Source: Nostoc sp.
GTDB lineage: Bacteria; Cyanobacteriota; Cyanobacteriia; Cyanobacteriales; Nostocaceae
NCBI GenBank assembly: GCA_036918135.1
Contig: JBALDB010000029.1
Location: 32,001-96,000, forward strand
Length of the DNA: 64,000 nt
Direction: 5' to 3'
Shown here piece by piece: positions 31,369 to 41,880 of this stretch (within the stretch, counting starts at the first letter, position 1; the number at the start of each line of letters is the position of its first letter). Below the pieces are notes generated by a model. The model searched no databases and had not been told where the DNA came from. It saw only the letters and a program-made list of their open reading frames with translations. The position numbers and the translations under genes are program-made.

Positions 31369-31445
31369 AATAAACTGTCGAGCTAGTAGCTAACCACATT
31401 TGTCGGTTAGCACCAAAGCTTGACAGATCATACTATATCTTATCA

Positions 31446-32372
31446 CTAGGCAGGTTGCACTACTGAAGGCGATCGCTCGTACAAAATTTCCTCTGAAGCC
31501 ACTTGGAAATCATTGCCTACCCAAACTAGGGAAGCTTGCGTCACCACACCCGCCTCTAAAGAAACTAAGGAAAAATTACGCAACTTCTGTCCATCATTCT
31601 CCACAATCCTCGGCACAGTGGCTGCATTTAAGTAAAGAATCCCCTCTGGACTTCTAAAGATAGACTTTCGCAGCACCTTGGTGTGCCTTAAAGCATGGTG
31701 CATATGACCAAATGTCACTAGCGGAATGGTTTTACCAGCAGTCAAGGCTTGAGAAATCGCCTCGCCAAAATCTGGGTCGCCATAGTCGCCGCCAATTGGA
31801 TGCCAATCTTTGCCGCAGGGGTCTTCTGGCCGATCGCCTAATCCACTAGGCCCGTTATGACCCAAAAATATAATCGTCTTATAAGCGGCGCTTTTCACCG
31901 CTTTGACGATGCGATCGGCAGATTCTTCCAAATCTGTGACACCGTAACGTTCTTTACAGATTTCCGCAAATTTCCATTGTGGGCCACCCCAAGTAAAGGG
32001 ACGACCCCCGACTACAGTTAATTCCCAAGCCGGAAAATCCAATTTGCTGTAACCAACATGGGCAGGGCCTAATAAATCAAGTTGTTCCTGTACCCAATCT
32101 TCTTGGGAGCGATCGTAGGGACACTTTTTACGTCCCCATTCGGTGGCACTATACCAAGCATCGTGGTTGCCCATTACTGCTGCTTTAGGAATATCAACAG
32201 AAGCGATCGCTTTTACCACTTCCACGGACTCGTTGCCAAAATCCCCAACAAACAGCACTAAATCAACACCTAAATGCTTAAGTGCAATGCCATCTTCTAC
32301 TTCCCATTGGTCGTGAACATCTCCAACTACAGCAATTTTGAGGGTTATCGAATGAGTTTTCTGACTGGTCAT
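31446..32372 (-). CDS. devT: TIGR04168-type calcineurin-like metallophosphoesterase (DevT-like)
   Basis: GDVHD, VGDFG, GNHD and FGHMH motifs; divergent from nadA; the symbol is less certain than the family. Confidence 0.7.
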   Translation of the reverse strand: MTSQKTHSITLKIAVVGDVHDQWEVEDGIALKHLGVDLVLFVGDFGNESVEVVKAIASVDIPKAAVMGNHDAWYSATEWGRKKCPYDRSQEDWVQEQLDLLGPAHVGYSKLDFPAWELTVVGGRPFTWGGPQWKFAEICKERYGVTDLEESADRIVKAVKSAAYKTIIFLGHNGPSGLGDRPEDPCGKDWHPIGGDYGDPDFGEAISQALTAGKTIPLVTFGHMHHALRHTKVLRKSIFRSPEGILYLNAATVPRIVENDGQKLRNFSLVSLEAGVVTQASLVWVGNDFQVASEEILYERSPSVVQPA

Positions 32373-32521
32373 GCCACTTTCCTTGCCGTCTATTTCCAGG
32401 ATAGGAAACTCAGCCCGATTTGGACATAATCTATAGGAAATCAACCGCCCACCATTTTTGGTAAAAACTACTATAATTAATCAACAAGACAAAAAATTGC
32501 AATTTAGAGCAACCCCTAACT

Positions 32522-33496
32522 GTGTTTACGACTGCACTAGCTCAACGAGAAAAAACCCAACCGGGCGAACTACCATTGGATTTGTTTACTGCTATTGAGA
32601 GTCTGAAAAAAGAACTTAACGCAGTGATTCTGGCGCATTACTATCAAGAGCCAGATATTCAAGATATTGCAGACTTTATTGGCGATTCATTACAACTGGC
32701 GAAAGCAGCACAAAATACCAGTGCAGATGCGATCGTCTTTGCTGGTGTTCACTTCATGGCAGAAACAGCAAAAATACTTAATCCCGATAAATTAGTACTT
32801 TTACCAGATTTGAATGCTGGTTGTTCTTTAGCAGATAGTTGTCCGCCTGAGGCATTTGCAGCTTTTAGGGCGGCGCATCCAGACCATCTGGTAGTGTCTT
32901 ACATCAACTGCTCTGCTGAGATTAAGGCAATGAGCGATATTATTTGCACTAGTTCCAATGCTGTGAAGATTGTAGAGCAAATACCCAAAGAGCAACCGAT
33001 TATTTTTGCCCCGGATCGCAATTTGGGGCGCTACGTCATGGAACAGACTGGGCGAGATCTGCTCCTCTGGCAAGGTAGCTGTGTTGTTCATGAAACTTTT
33101 TCCGAAAAGAAAATTGTCGAGTTAAAAATTGCCCACCCACAAGCAGAGGCGATCGCCCACCCAGAATGTGAAACTAGCGTGTTGCGCCACGCCAGCTTTA
33201 TTGGTTCCACAGCAGCTTTACTCAAACATTGTCAAAACAGCAACGCCAAAGAATTTATCGTCGCAACGGAGCCTGGGATTATTCACCAAATGCAAAAACT
33301 AGCTCCCCAAAAGCGCTTCTTTCCTGCTCCGCCAATGAATAACTGTGCTTGCAACGAATGTCCATTTATGCGGTTAAACACCCTAGAAAAACTCTACTGG
33401 GCAATGAAAAATCGCACTCCTGAAATCACTATGTCAGAAGATATTCGCCTTGCTGCACTGCGACCAATGCAACGAATGCTGGAAATGAGTGTTTAA
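32522..33496 (+). CDS. nadA: quinolinate synthase
   Basis: LAHYYQ, GVHFMAE, GCSLA, AHPEC and CPFM motifs. Confidence 0.95.
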   Translation: MFTTALAQREKTQPGELPLDLFTAIESLKKELNAVILAHYYQEPDIQDIADFIGDSLQLAKAAQNTSADAIVFAGVHFMAETAKILNPDKLVLLPDLNAGCSLADSCPPEAFAAFRAAHPDHLVVSYINCSAEIKAMSDIICTSSNAVKIVEQIPKEQPIIFAPDRNLGRYVMEQTGRDLLLWQGSCVVHETFSEKKIVELKIAHPQAEAIAHPECETSVLRHASFIGSTAALLKHCQNSNAKEFIVATEPGIIHQMQKLAPQKRFFPAPPMNNCACNECPFMRLNTLEKLYWAMKNRTPEITMSEDIRLAALRPMQRMLEMSV

Positions 33497-33518
33497 TTAG
33501 AACAAACTTATCCAACTT

Positions 33519-33547
33519 GTAAAGACGCAACTCTCTTGCGTCTTTAC
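33519..33547 (+). terminator. hairpin downstream of nadA
   Basis: GTAAAGACGCAA-CTCTC-TTGCGTCTTTAC followed by a T-rich tract. Confidence 0.65.
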
Positions 33548-33616
33548 CAATTTATTTTTTCTAACCACTTGAACTTCATAAAAGAAAATGCTACTATCTT
33601 AAATTGTGAGACAAAT

Positions 33617-33702
33617 GGGTCGGTGTCCGAGTGGTTAATGGAGACGGACTGTAAATCCGTTGGCTAGCGCCTACGCTGGTTCAAATCCAGCCCGGCCCAC
33701 CA
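33617..33702 (+). tRNA. tRNA-Tyr(GTA), CCA encoded
   Basis: GGGTCGG...CCGGCCCACCA; anticodon loop CTGTAAA. Confidence 0.95.
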
Positions 33703-33783
33703 CTTACAAAGCAAAAAGTTATAATGTCTGGGTACTAGATAAACTACCCCAGCATTGTAGCTAAAAAAGGAAAAGTATCTTTT

Positions 33784-33855
33784 GCCCGTGTGGCTCAGTG
33801 GTAGAGCACACCCTTGGTAAGGGTGAGGTCACGAGTTCAATCCTCGTCACGGGCT
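33784..33855 (+). tRNA. tRNA-Thr(GGT)
   Basis: GCCCGTG...CACGGGCT; anticodon loop TTGGTAA. Confidence 0.95.
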
Positions 33856-34274
33856 TTATGTTTGAAATTTGAAGTTGCTGACTGATGACTGATTAGGATA
33901 TTTTCAACACCTCAATCTTATTGAAGAAGTCAGAATTCAGTAGCAAAGCTAGAGAAAATCATCTTAATCGTGAGAATCAAGCAGTTGGTCAGAGAAACTC
34001 ACTACCTAAAATTACCATTAAATTGGAGATTTATTAGGGTCTTGAACCCGTCAATTCATCCCCTAGTTGTACACAATTCATGCTCAATTTTGACTCCTGA
34101 GGCTACATATTGCTGTTTCTATAATCTTTTAAATCGCAACCTAGAAATCTGTCATCCTAATTTTGGATGAATTGGCAGTTGAATGATTCTCAACCTTTGA
34201 TTAACTCAAAGATAGAGCGACAGATTCGTCTAATTCGATACAATTTATAAGCAGAGAGAGCCAAGGAGAACAAG

Positions 34275-35414
34275 GTGGTCTTATTAAAAGGCTTTGAGAT
34301 TGAAATGTACACCGGCACACCTCAGGGTGAAATCGTTGGTCTCTCCGATAAGATTGTTGGGGCTTTGGATGGATTTGTTCGAGAGCCAGACAGCCGCAAC
34401 GTGGAATATATAACTCAGCCATCAGTCAAATACGAAAATCTATTGTGTGCCCTACTGCGTCCTCGACGGACGTTGCGAAACTACCTCAATCAGTTGGGCA
34501 ATTACACTCTGATACCGGGGAGTACACTATCTCTGGGTGGAAGCGATCGCTTTATGCGTTCCGATCCAACTAACCCCTATCATGACTACATTGAGCAAAC
34601 CTATGGTACGAAAGTAGTTACTGCTAGCGTACATATTAATATAGGCATTAGCGACCCAGAAACATTAATGCGGGCATGTCGGGTGATTCGTTTAGAAGCA
34701 CCTTTATTCTTAGCCCTAAGTGCCTCATCTCCCTTCTTAAATGGCAAAACAACTGGCTATCACTCCACGCGTTGGGGTTTGTTCCCGCAAACCCCTAGCC
34801 ATGTGCCGTTATTTGCCAGCCACGCCGATCATATCCAGTGGGTGGAAAATCAACTAGCTGCTGGCACAATGCAAAATGTGCGCCATTTATGGGTATCGGT
34901 GCGACCAAATGGCGATCGCCGTCCTTATGACCTAAATCGGCTAGAACTACGAATTTGCGATTTAGTCACAGATCCTATTGCCTTACTAGCCATTACTGCC
35001 TTATTAGAAGCGCGTTTATTACAAATAATCGAAAATCCCAGCATCGACCCATTAACTCAAAGTACCTTTTCTACCGAAGAACTCGTCAGTTTGACTGCTG
35101 ATAACGAAACTGCTGCTGCTACTACTAGTCTTGATGCTCAGCTAACCCATTGGCAAGATGGCAGAAGCATCACAGCCAGAAATTGGATTACGGAAATTTA
35201 CCACGATATTTGGGCGATCGCTAAACAACAAGGCTTTAGCTGTTTCCTTTCACCTTTGCACAAAATCCTCCGCGAAGGTAATGAAGCTCAACAGTGGTTG
35301 CAGTTACATGCAGTTGGTGTTGATAGCCAACGCGTCATCACCCAAGCTATTACTGCCACTCAAGAACGGGAAATTGAACTCGAAGATAAATTGTGTTCAT
35401 CTCTGCTGGCTTAG
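34275..35414 (+). CDS. gshA: glutamate-cysteine ligase (cyanobacterial type)
   Basis: KGFEIE, SVHINIG, ALSASSPF and RLELRICD motifs; AAGGAG RBS. Confidence 0.9.
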   Translation: MVLLKGFEIEMYTGTPQGEIVGLSDKIVGALDGFVREPDSRNVEYITQPSVKYENLLCALLRPRRTLRNYLNQLGNYTLIPGSTLSLGGSDRFMRSDPTNPYHDYIEQTYGTKVVTASVHINIGISDPETLMRACRVIRLEAPLFLALSASSPFLNGKTTGYHSTRWGLFPQTPSHVPLFASHADHIQWVENQLAAGTMQNVRHLWVSVRPNGDRRPYDLNRLELRICDLVTDPIALLAITALLEARLLQIIENPSIDPLTQSTFSTEELVSLTADNETAAATTSLDAQLTHWQDGRSITARNWITEIYHDIWAIAKQQGFSCFLSPLHKILREGNEAQQWLQLHAVGVDSQRVITQAITATQEREIELEDKLCSSLLA

Positions 35415-35780
35415 ACCAACAAGCTACAGCCTAGAGGAGTAGGGGAGGATGAGCGGGTGTGGGGAGATTATAAAAATTCCTGCACTCTCTATTCGGCTCA
35501 TGCCTAATTGTCTTCAAACAAAAGGTAGATTTTCGTACAGACAATACTTCAGTTTAAAAAACACAACTAACTACCTCATCTACATAAAACTTAATATTTC
35601 CTGATTTTCGCCTAATATGGTCTCAGACATTCTTCTAAGATGATTTGGGCTTCGTTTTAAATATCTAATCGATGGTGAATGCTTGATTATTATTAATAAA
35701 ACCTATGAATAGCTTCTACCTTTTGGTAGATTTTACACGAGCTATAGATTATTTTATACAATACGTAAAATATACGGACA

Positions 35781-36242
35781 ATGCCTCAGGTAGTTTTAGT
35801 TAACCCGCAAATTCCTCCCAATACAGGTAACATTGCTCGTACTTGTGCAGCTACGGATACAGAGTTACATTTAGTGGGGCCTTTAGGGTTTGAAATTAGC
35901 GATCGCTACCTCAAAAGAGCTGGCTTAGATTACTGGCGTTATGTCAAGCTGCACTATCACGAATCGTTAGAAGCCTTTAAAATCGTACATCATGAGCGTG
36001 GAGGCAGATGGTTGGGTTATAGTGTCGCCGGAAATATTAATTATGTCAGCTTTCAGTTTCAAGCTGATGATTGGTTACTATTTGGTAGTGAAACCACTGG
36101 CTTGCCACCAACAGTTCTGTCACATTGTGATGCTACTCTGTATATTCCGATGAGCCAACCTGGGGTTCGGAGCTTGAATCTATCAGTGAGTGTGGCAATC
36201 GGTTTATTTGAAACCCGTCGTCAGTTAGGCTATTTACAATAG
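35781..36242 (+). CDS. trmL: tRNA (cytidine(34)-2'-O)-methyltransferase
   Basis: PQIPPNTGNIARTC, RAGLDYW, FGSETTGLP and RSLNLS motifs. Confidence 0.93.
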   Translation: MPQVVLVNPQIPPNTGNIARTCAATDTELHLVGPLGFEISDRYLKRAGLDYWRYVKLHYHESLEAFKIVHHERGGRWLGYSVAGNINYVSFQFQADDWLLFGSETTGLPPTVLSHCDATLYIPMSQPGVRSLNLSVSVAIGLFETRRQLGYLQ

Positions 36243-37038
36243 TTGTTTACTTAAATTATTATAAGTAGATATACTTGAGTTTTTTGCCAGACCAATCAGA
36301 TGATTGATTTGGGACGGCAAAAATTTCCTAGTTCCAATAAAAATCATGTTAAAAAATACACCTAAGAATGTATTTTTGAGCAAATTGTAGTGGAAGATAC
36401 TTACAAGAGGGGCCAGGTTATTATAAGAAATTTGTATATTAAATTCGGGATAATGCCAAATTTGAATGATAGATTTTGATGAATTTGCAGCATTCCATAT
36501 TGGGGAACAAAAGTGTTAAAACTCAGTCATTGAGCGCATTTGAGCTATTTGAACTCGGATGACACTGAGATTGCGCCCCAAAAGTAGCCGATAGTTAATA
36601 CGGTTGTTTTTTAGGGAATAATCAACGTAAAGTCTCGTGTTGGGAAGACGGATTGTGTAGAAATTTCTTGAAGATATCTACAGTAGGGGGCATCGCTTTT
36701 CCAGAAGTCGCAGCAATTTAATTCTCGGTAGCGACTATGGACTTGATAAACTATTTGCCATCACCGCGATTGACGCAAGACAGGCGCGGATAACGGCAAA
36801 AAGGAAAACGTCCTAAATGGTGGGTGTGAGGAGTGGTTAAGACAAGTAAACATCGCAAGTTTTAAGTTTTGTTAAAACATGTGAACTTGTCTAAATCAGA
36901 GAAGCAGGTTAATCTTGCGTAAGCATCTCTGGTGAATGCGATCTCGATCTATGGTTTGTTGCGATCTAAATCATTGACTGCTATGCAACTGAAAAATCGA
37001 GGTCAGTTAAGCGCTAGCGATCGTTAAGGAGGTCGTCT

Positions 37039-39321
37039 TTGAAACGAGCATTGAAAAAGAGAGTAAAAGCTGTGTTGAAAAATAACCCCAGCAGCGATGA
37101 TGCCCCGGTAGAACAGCTAAATCAGATTAATCCAAAAGTTGACCGTCGGGTGCGGACAAAAGCCGCCATGATTGGCCTGGCAATCTCTATGGGAGCAACC
37201 AGTCTTTTGGTGACTCGACAAAGCGATCAAGCCCAAGCAGCAGTACCTGTAGGTAGCCAAAAGGCAACCTCAACTATTCCTGCTGTTCGTGACACTGAGG
37301 TGAAATTCGCCTCCACCAAGCTGGAGTCTCAAGCAGTCTCATTACCGAGCGTGCCAGAAAATCCTGCGATCGTGGAACCAACAGCAGTTTCACAGTTGCC
37401 TGGGCTTGAGGCTAAATGGCAAGTTGCCGCCAGTAGAACGTCTTTGCAATTTCCTGCATCACAAACCTTTTCCCAAGCCACACCAGTTGATAAAAATGTC
37501 ACTGAGTCGAAGCCACAGGTAGCAGAGGGGTTGAACAAAACCCTAGCTGAGACTAGTTTTCCAACAGTCAACAAGCTATCTGACCCTAGTGCTGAAGGTG
37601 TTTATGGCAGTACAAATCTGTTGCCGTCTGTCGTACCGCAAACAGTTGCAACATCAGGGACAGCCAACAGTGAAATAAATGCACAACTTAAGGCGCAACA
37701 AGAGTTTGCACTCAATCGCTTACAAGAAAAATCAAACCGTTTAAGAAACAGTCTGGCACAATTGCGCTCTGGGGAGAGCAAAAATTTATCAGAAACTGGT
37801 ATCGGGAATACTGTAGTTGAGAAGACAGTATTAGCACAGTTAGGGACTTCTGGCGATGCTAGTAAAGCCAAGCTGAGATCGAGGTTAAAGCAGAAGACAC
37901 AGAGCAATGGAGTGGCATCACCTACACCAACAACATTGATTGCGTCCTCGACTAAAGCAGCCTACGAAGTCAAGCCGGGAGATACACTAGCTGCGATCGC
38001 TAGCAAATACAATACATCAGTATCAGAACTAGTTAAGGTAAATAACCTTAGTAATCCCAATCAACTGCAAATAAATCAAAAACTGGTTATTCCAGTTGCT
38101 CAAATTCAGGCAACTGTAGCAACAAAACCCAGTTTTGTAGAGTCCATTAATACTCCCAAAGCCACCTCTTCTGTGAGCATTGGTAGTGCTAACTCATATT
38201 TACCTAGTTCACCGCCAACTATTGCTGGCAACAGTAGCGTTGCTGTCCCTATTCCAGTAACTGCGAACAATCAGATTCAAGTAAATAGTGCAACTGACTT
38301 ACAAACAGCTCCCATTACTCCTAAAGCTTATGGCGTAGGTGGTGAAATTCCAGTACCAAGAGCTTTTGCCGAAATCCAGCAACCTAAAAAACCGACAAAT
38401 AGGGTAGCAAGGGTAAGCAATAACAATAACGATCGTTTGCGGGGCTTACAAGCAGAAATCCAGAGGTTACAGCAGAAATATCGCGCTCAACAGTCTGGCA
38501 ATTTAGTAGTGTCAGCTACAACTACTGAAACTAAGAGTGCTGCAACACTGACTCCTGTTTCTACCCCCAATAATATCATTGTACCTAACTCGGTGTCTCA
38601 AGCGAATAACGTCGCCATTCCAATTGCGGTTCCGACACCTATTAGAGCTAACTATAGCGCTCAACTAATTAAGCCTCAATTGCGTGCGACTTTACCCGCT
38701 GACGAACCAATAAATCCAGAGTTCCTACCCAATTTAGGATCTGTTAGTCAGTGGACTCCTCCTCGCAATCCATCTGGCATCAAAGTTGCAACGCCTCCTA
38801 GAGGAGTAAATGCCTCGGATTCCATAGGAAAGACGCGCAGAACCATAGTTTCTCCGCAGGCAATACCACCTTTAGCAGCAGTGGATCAATATCTGCCTAG
38901 AGCGATTGATGAAACTATACCTCCTCCATCTACTTCAACCTTAGCTTATATCTGGCCGACGAAGGGCACTCTCACTTCTGGCTTTGGTATGCGCTGGGGA
39001 AGACCGCACAAGGGAATTGATATTGCTAACTCTACTGGTACGCCAGTTACTGCTTCAGCTCAAGGTACGGTAGAAAAAGCTGGCTGGAACAGCGGTGGCT
39101 ACGGTAATGTTGTCGATATCCGCCATCCGGATGGTAGCTTGACTCGCTATGCTCATAACAGCAAGATTCTGGTGCAACCTGGTCAGCAGGTAAATCAGGG
39201 AGAAACAATTGCTCTAATGGGTAGCACTGGTCATAGTACTGGTCCACACAGCCACTTTGAAATACATCCATCAGGCAAGGGTGCTGTTAACCCAATAGCT
39301 TTCCTACCAGCACGTCTGTAA
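37039..39321 (+). CDS. LysM and M23 peptidase domain protein (NlpD-like)
   Basis: YEVKPGDTL LysM; HKGID, YAHN and STGPHSHFE M23 motifs; AGGAGG RBS with TTG start. Confidence 0.9.
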   Translation: MKRALKKRVKAVLKNNPSSDDAPVEQLNQINPKVDRRVRTKAAMIGLAISMGATSLLVTRQSDQAQAAVPVGSQKATSTIPAVRDTEVKFASTKLESQAVSLPSVPENPAIVEPTAVSQLPGLEAKWQVAASRTSLQFPASQTFSQATPVDKNVTESKPQVAEGLNKTLAETSFPTVNKLSDPSAEGVYGSTNLLPSVVPQTVATSGTANSEINAQLKAQQEFALNRLQEKSNRLRNSLAQLRSGESKNLSETGIGNTVVEKTVLAQLGTSGDASKAKLRSRLKQKTQSNGVASPTPTTLIASSTKAAYEVKPGDTLAAIASKYNTSVSELVKVNNLSNPNQLQINQKLVIPVAQIQATVATKPSFVESINTPKATSSVSIGSANSYLPSSPPTIAGNSSVAVPIPVTANNQIQVNSATDLQTAPITPKAYGVGGEIPVPRAFAEIQQPKKPTNRVARVSNNNNDRLRGLQAEIQRLQQKYRAQQSGNLVVSATTTETKSAATLTPVSTPNNIIVPNSVSQANNVAIPIAVPTPIRANYSAQLIKPQLRATLPADEPINPEFLPNLGSVSQWTPPRNPSGIKVATPPRGVNASDSIGKTRRTIVSPQAIPPLAAVDQYLPRAIDETIPPPSTSTLAYIWPTKGTLTSGFGMRWGRPHKGIDIANSTGTPVTASAQGTVEKAGWNSGGYGNVVDIRHPDGSLTRYAHNSKILVQPGQQVNQGETIALMGSTGHSTGPHSHFEIHPSGKGAVNPIAFLPARL

Positions 39322-39641
39322 TTCTTGGCTATCTGTAACTAAATTATTGCCTTGTTATTTGAGGGAGTTTATCTCCCTCTTTTGCTTTTTATTTAAAAAC
39401 TGCTCTACTAGGACAGTAGTACTATCTGTTGTCTTAATCAATGTGAGTTCGATGGATTCTGAAGAACCTCTCTCCGAAACGGGGAGAAGCTTAAAAACCC
39501 TATTCTTTCGTACCAAGTTGGAGATTTTTTGTCCCAACCTTACAAGGGTTAGGATTAGGTTCCGTCGAACTCATGTTATTCGGGTAGGTTTAGAAAAATC
39601 GAGATTTTGCATAAAAGAAAAATATATCGCTGAGTAATAGT

Positions 39642-39747
39642 TATAGCAAGCGAATTAAAGGTTAGGACATCTTGAAAGCGTGGATTTAGGAATAGTAATG
39701 TTTTACCTCCTGCCTCCAGCAAGAACTGCCTTCTACCTCCTGCTATA
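39642..39747 (+). mobile_element. TATAGC...GCTATA small dispersed element, copy B
   Basis: Same termini and TTAGGACAT / TTTTACCTCCTGCCTCC blocks. Confidence 0.75.
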
Positions 39748-39868
39748 TGAGCTAAAAATTAGAAATTTTATAGTTCATAGATAAGAACTAGTACTTTCAT
39801 ATTCTTCTAAAAATGAAATACTAGTACCTCATTATTCTTTTAAAAATTAAGAATTCGGAGTATTGATA

Positions 39869-41446
39869 ATGGCAATAAATTGGATTCCCGGCCCAGGACC
39901 TACTAATGGGTCAGATACGGGTATTGGTGATGCAGCTTCTAATAGCTTCAGTGGTTTTGGTGGAAATGACACCCTTGATGGTGGCGCTGGTAATGACACT
40001 ATCAAGGGTGGAACTGGTAACGACCTGCTACGAGGTGGCGAAGGTATCGATTATTTATATGGTGGGGATGGCAACGATACGATAGTAGGCGATCGCGGTA
40101 ACGATATCTTCAGTGGTGGCAACGGTGATGACCGACTAATTTGGAACAACGGTGACGGTAGCGACAGAATCAGCGGTAACGCTGGCTATGACGTAGTTGA
40201 GGTCAACGGTGCAACTGCTGCTGGTAACAACTTCCGACTGCAAAAAGACGCTTATGGAAAAGCAATCTTTGACCGCCTCAACCTTGGGCCGTTCACTTTA
40301 ACTGTAGATACTGCTGAGAGATTTGAGGTCAATGGTGGTGGTGGTGATGACATCTTTGATGTCAATGACCTCACAGGGACGGGGCTAAGTGCAGTACGGT
40401 TCTCTGGTGGTGCTGGCAATGACTTGCTTGATGGTAGTGGCACAGCTACACCCTTAACTGGTTTCGGTGGTGATGGTTATGACACTCTAATTGGTGGAAC
40501 TGGAAATGACAACCTTTATGGTGATGCTAATAATGACCTGTTACGAGGTGGCGAAGGTATCGATTATTTATATGGTGGGGATGGCAACGATACGATAGTA
40601 GGCGATCGCGGTAACGATATCTTCAGTGGTGGCAACGGTGATGACCGACTAATTTGGAACAACGGTGACGGTAGCGACAGAATCAGCGGTAACGCTGGCT
40701 ATGACGTAGTTGAGGTCAACGGTGCAACTGCTGCTGGTAACAACTTCCGACTGCAAAAAGACGCTTATGGAAAAGCAATCTTTGACCGCCTCAACCTTGG
40801 GCCGTTCACTTTAACTGTAGATACTGCTGAGAGATTTGAGGTCAATGGTGGTGGTGGTGATGACATCTTTGATGTCAATGACCTCACAGGGACGGGGCTA
40901 AGTGCAGTACGGTTCTCTGGTGGTGCTGGCAATGACTTGCTTGATGGTAGTGGCACAGCTACACCCTTAACTGGTTTCGGTGGTGATGGTTATGACACTC
41001 TAATTGGTGGAACTGGAAATGACAACCTTTATGGTGATGCTAATAATGACCTGTTACGAGGTGGTAAAGGTAATGATATCCTGACTGGTGGTGGTGGTAG
41101 CGATCGCTTTGTGTTTAACTCAGGCACTTCGTTCTATGCTGCGGATCTGGGTGTGGATAAAATTACTGACTTCACTCATACTTATGACAAAGTAGTCTTG
41201 GATAAAACAACTTTCGTTGGACTCAACAATCTGTCCCAGATTGCGATCGTAGCTAATGACGCCGCTGCCGCCACTAGCTCTGGATTGATTACTTACAGTC
41301 TTGGAACTGGTAACTTGTTCTTCAACCAAAACTTAGCATCAGCAGGCTTTGGTACAGGTGGTCTGTTTACCAACATTGATAACGATAACAATTCCTGGAC
41401 AGCACCACCAGTATTAGCAGCTACGGACTTTGAGATTGTTGCTTAA
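39869..41446 (+). CDS. RTX-type calcium-binding repeat protein
   Basis: Many GGxGND nonapeptides; C-terminal DKITDF...DFEIVA; GGAG RBS before ATG 39869. Confidence 0.9.
   Translation: MAINWIPGPGPTNGSDTGIGDAASNSFSGFGGNDTLDGGAGNDTIKGGTGNDLLRGGEGIDYLYGGDGNDTIVGDRGNDIFSGGNGDDRLIWNNGDGSDRISGNAGYDVVEVNGATAAGNNFRLQKDAYGKAIFDRLNLGPFTLTVDTAERFEVNGGGGDDIFDVNDLTGTGLSAVRFSGGAGNDLLDGSGTATPLTGFGGDGYDTLIGGTGNDNLYGDANNDLLRGGEGIDYLYGGDGNDTIVGDRGNDIFSGGNGDDRLIWNNGDGSDRISGNAGYDVVEVNGATAAGNNFRLQKDAYGKAIFDRLNLGPFTLTVDTAERFEVNGGGGDDIFDVNDLTGTGLSAVRFSGGAGNDLLDGSGTATPLTGFGGDGYDTLIGGTGNDNLYGDANNDLLRGGKGNDILTGGGGSDRFVFNSGTSFYAADLGVDKITDFTHTYDKVVLDKTTFVGLNNLSQIAIVANDAAAATSSGLITYSLGTGNLFFNQNLASAGFGTGGLFTNIDNDNNSWTAPPVLAATDFEIVA
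40029..41064 (+). repeat. 513-bp tandem duplication within the RTX gene
   Basis: 40029-40551 matches 40542-41064; identical antisense ORFs 513 bp apart in the ORF track. Confidence 0.92.
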
Positions 41447-41551
41447 TTACTACATATCTCTCAAAATCCATAGATTCTCTGGCATGTCTGCAAATTCGCA
41501 GCTAGATTCCAATAGCCGCAATCATTAGCACTGCTAACTAGCGTTAATTGA

Positions 41552-41583
41552 ATTCTCCTCGTACCTCAAGTACGGGGAGGATT
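41552..41583 (+). terminator. hairpin downstream of the RTX gene
   Basis: TTCTCCTCGTAC-CTCAA-GTACGGGGAGGA. Confidence 0.55.
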
Positions 41584-41880
41584 ATAATTTGTTTGCTTGG
41601 ATTAAAAATGATTATCTATAAGTATTTAAAATAAAAATTATATAATTGGTAGAATATTTTAATTTACAAAAATTAATATTTAGATGAAATTATTTTAATT
41701 TTATGGGAATAATTCTCAATTATCTAACGAATTTGTTATGTTTGAGAGCTTGACTCAAATGAGTTACTTTTGATATTCTCAATTTACTCGATAAAATTAG
41801 CCCATTTTGTAAGTTTTTGGGCTAATTACTAGATTTTAGTTGCTTTTTTTCAACTAGTTTTACCGATGGGACAATAAAAT

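Noticed and set aside
36243..37038. Long intergenic region upstream of the M23 gene as a possible ncRNA or riboswitch
   Set aside because: No recognisable RNA motif or strong structure by eye; likely a complex promoter or 5' UTR.
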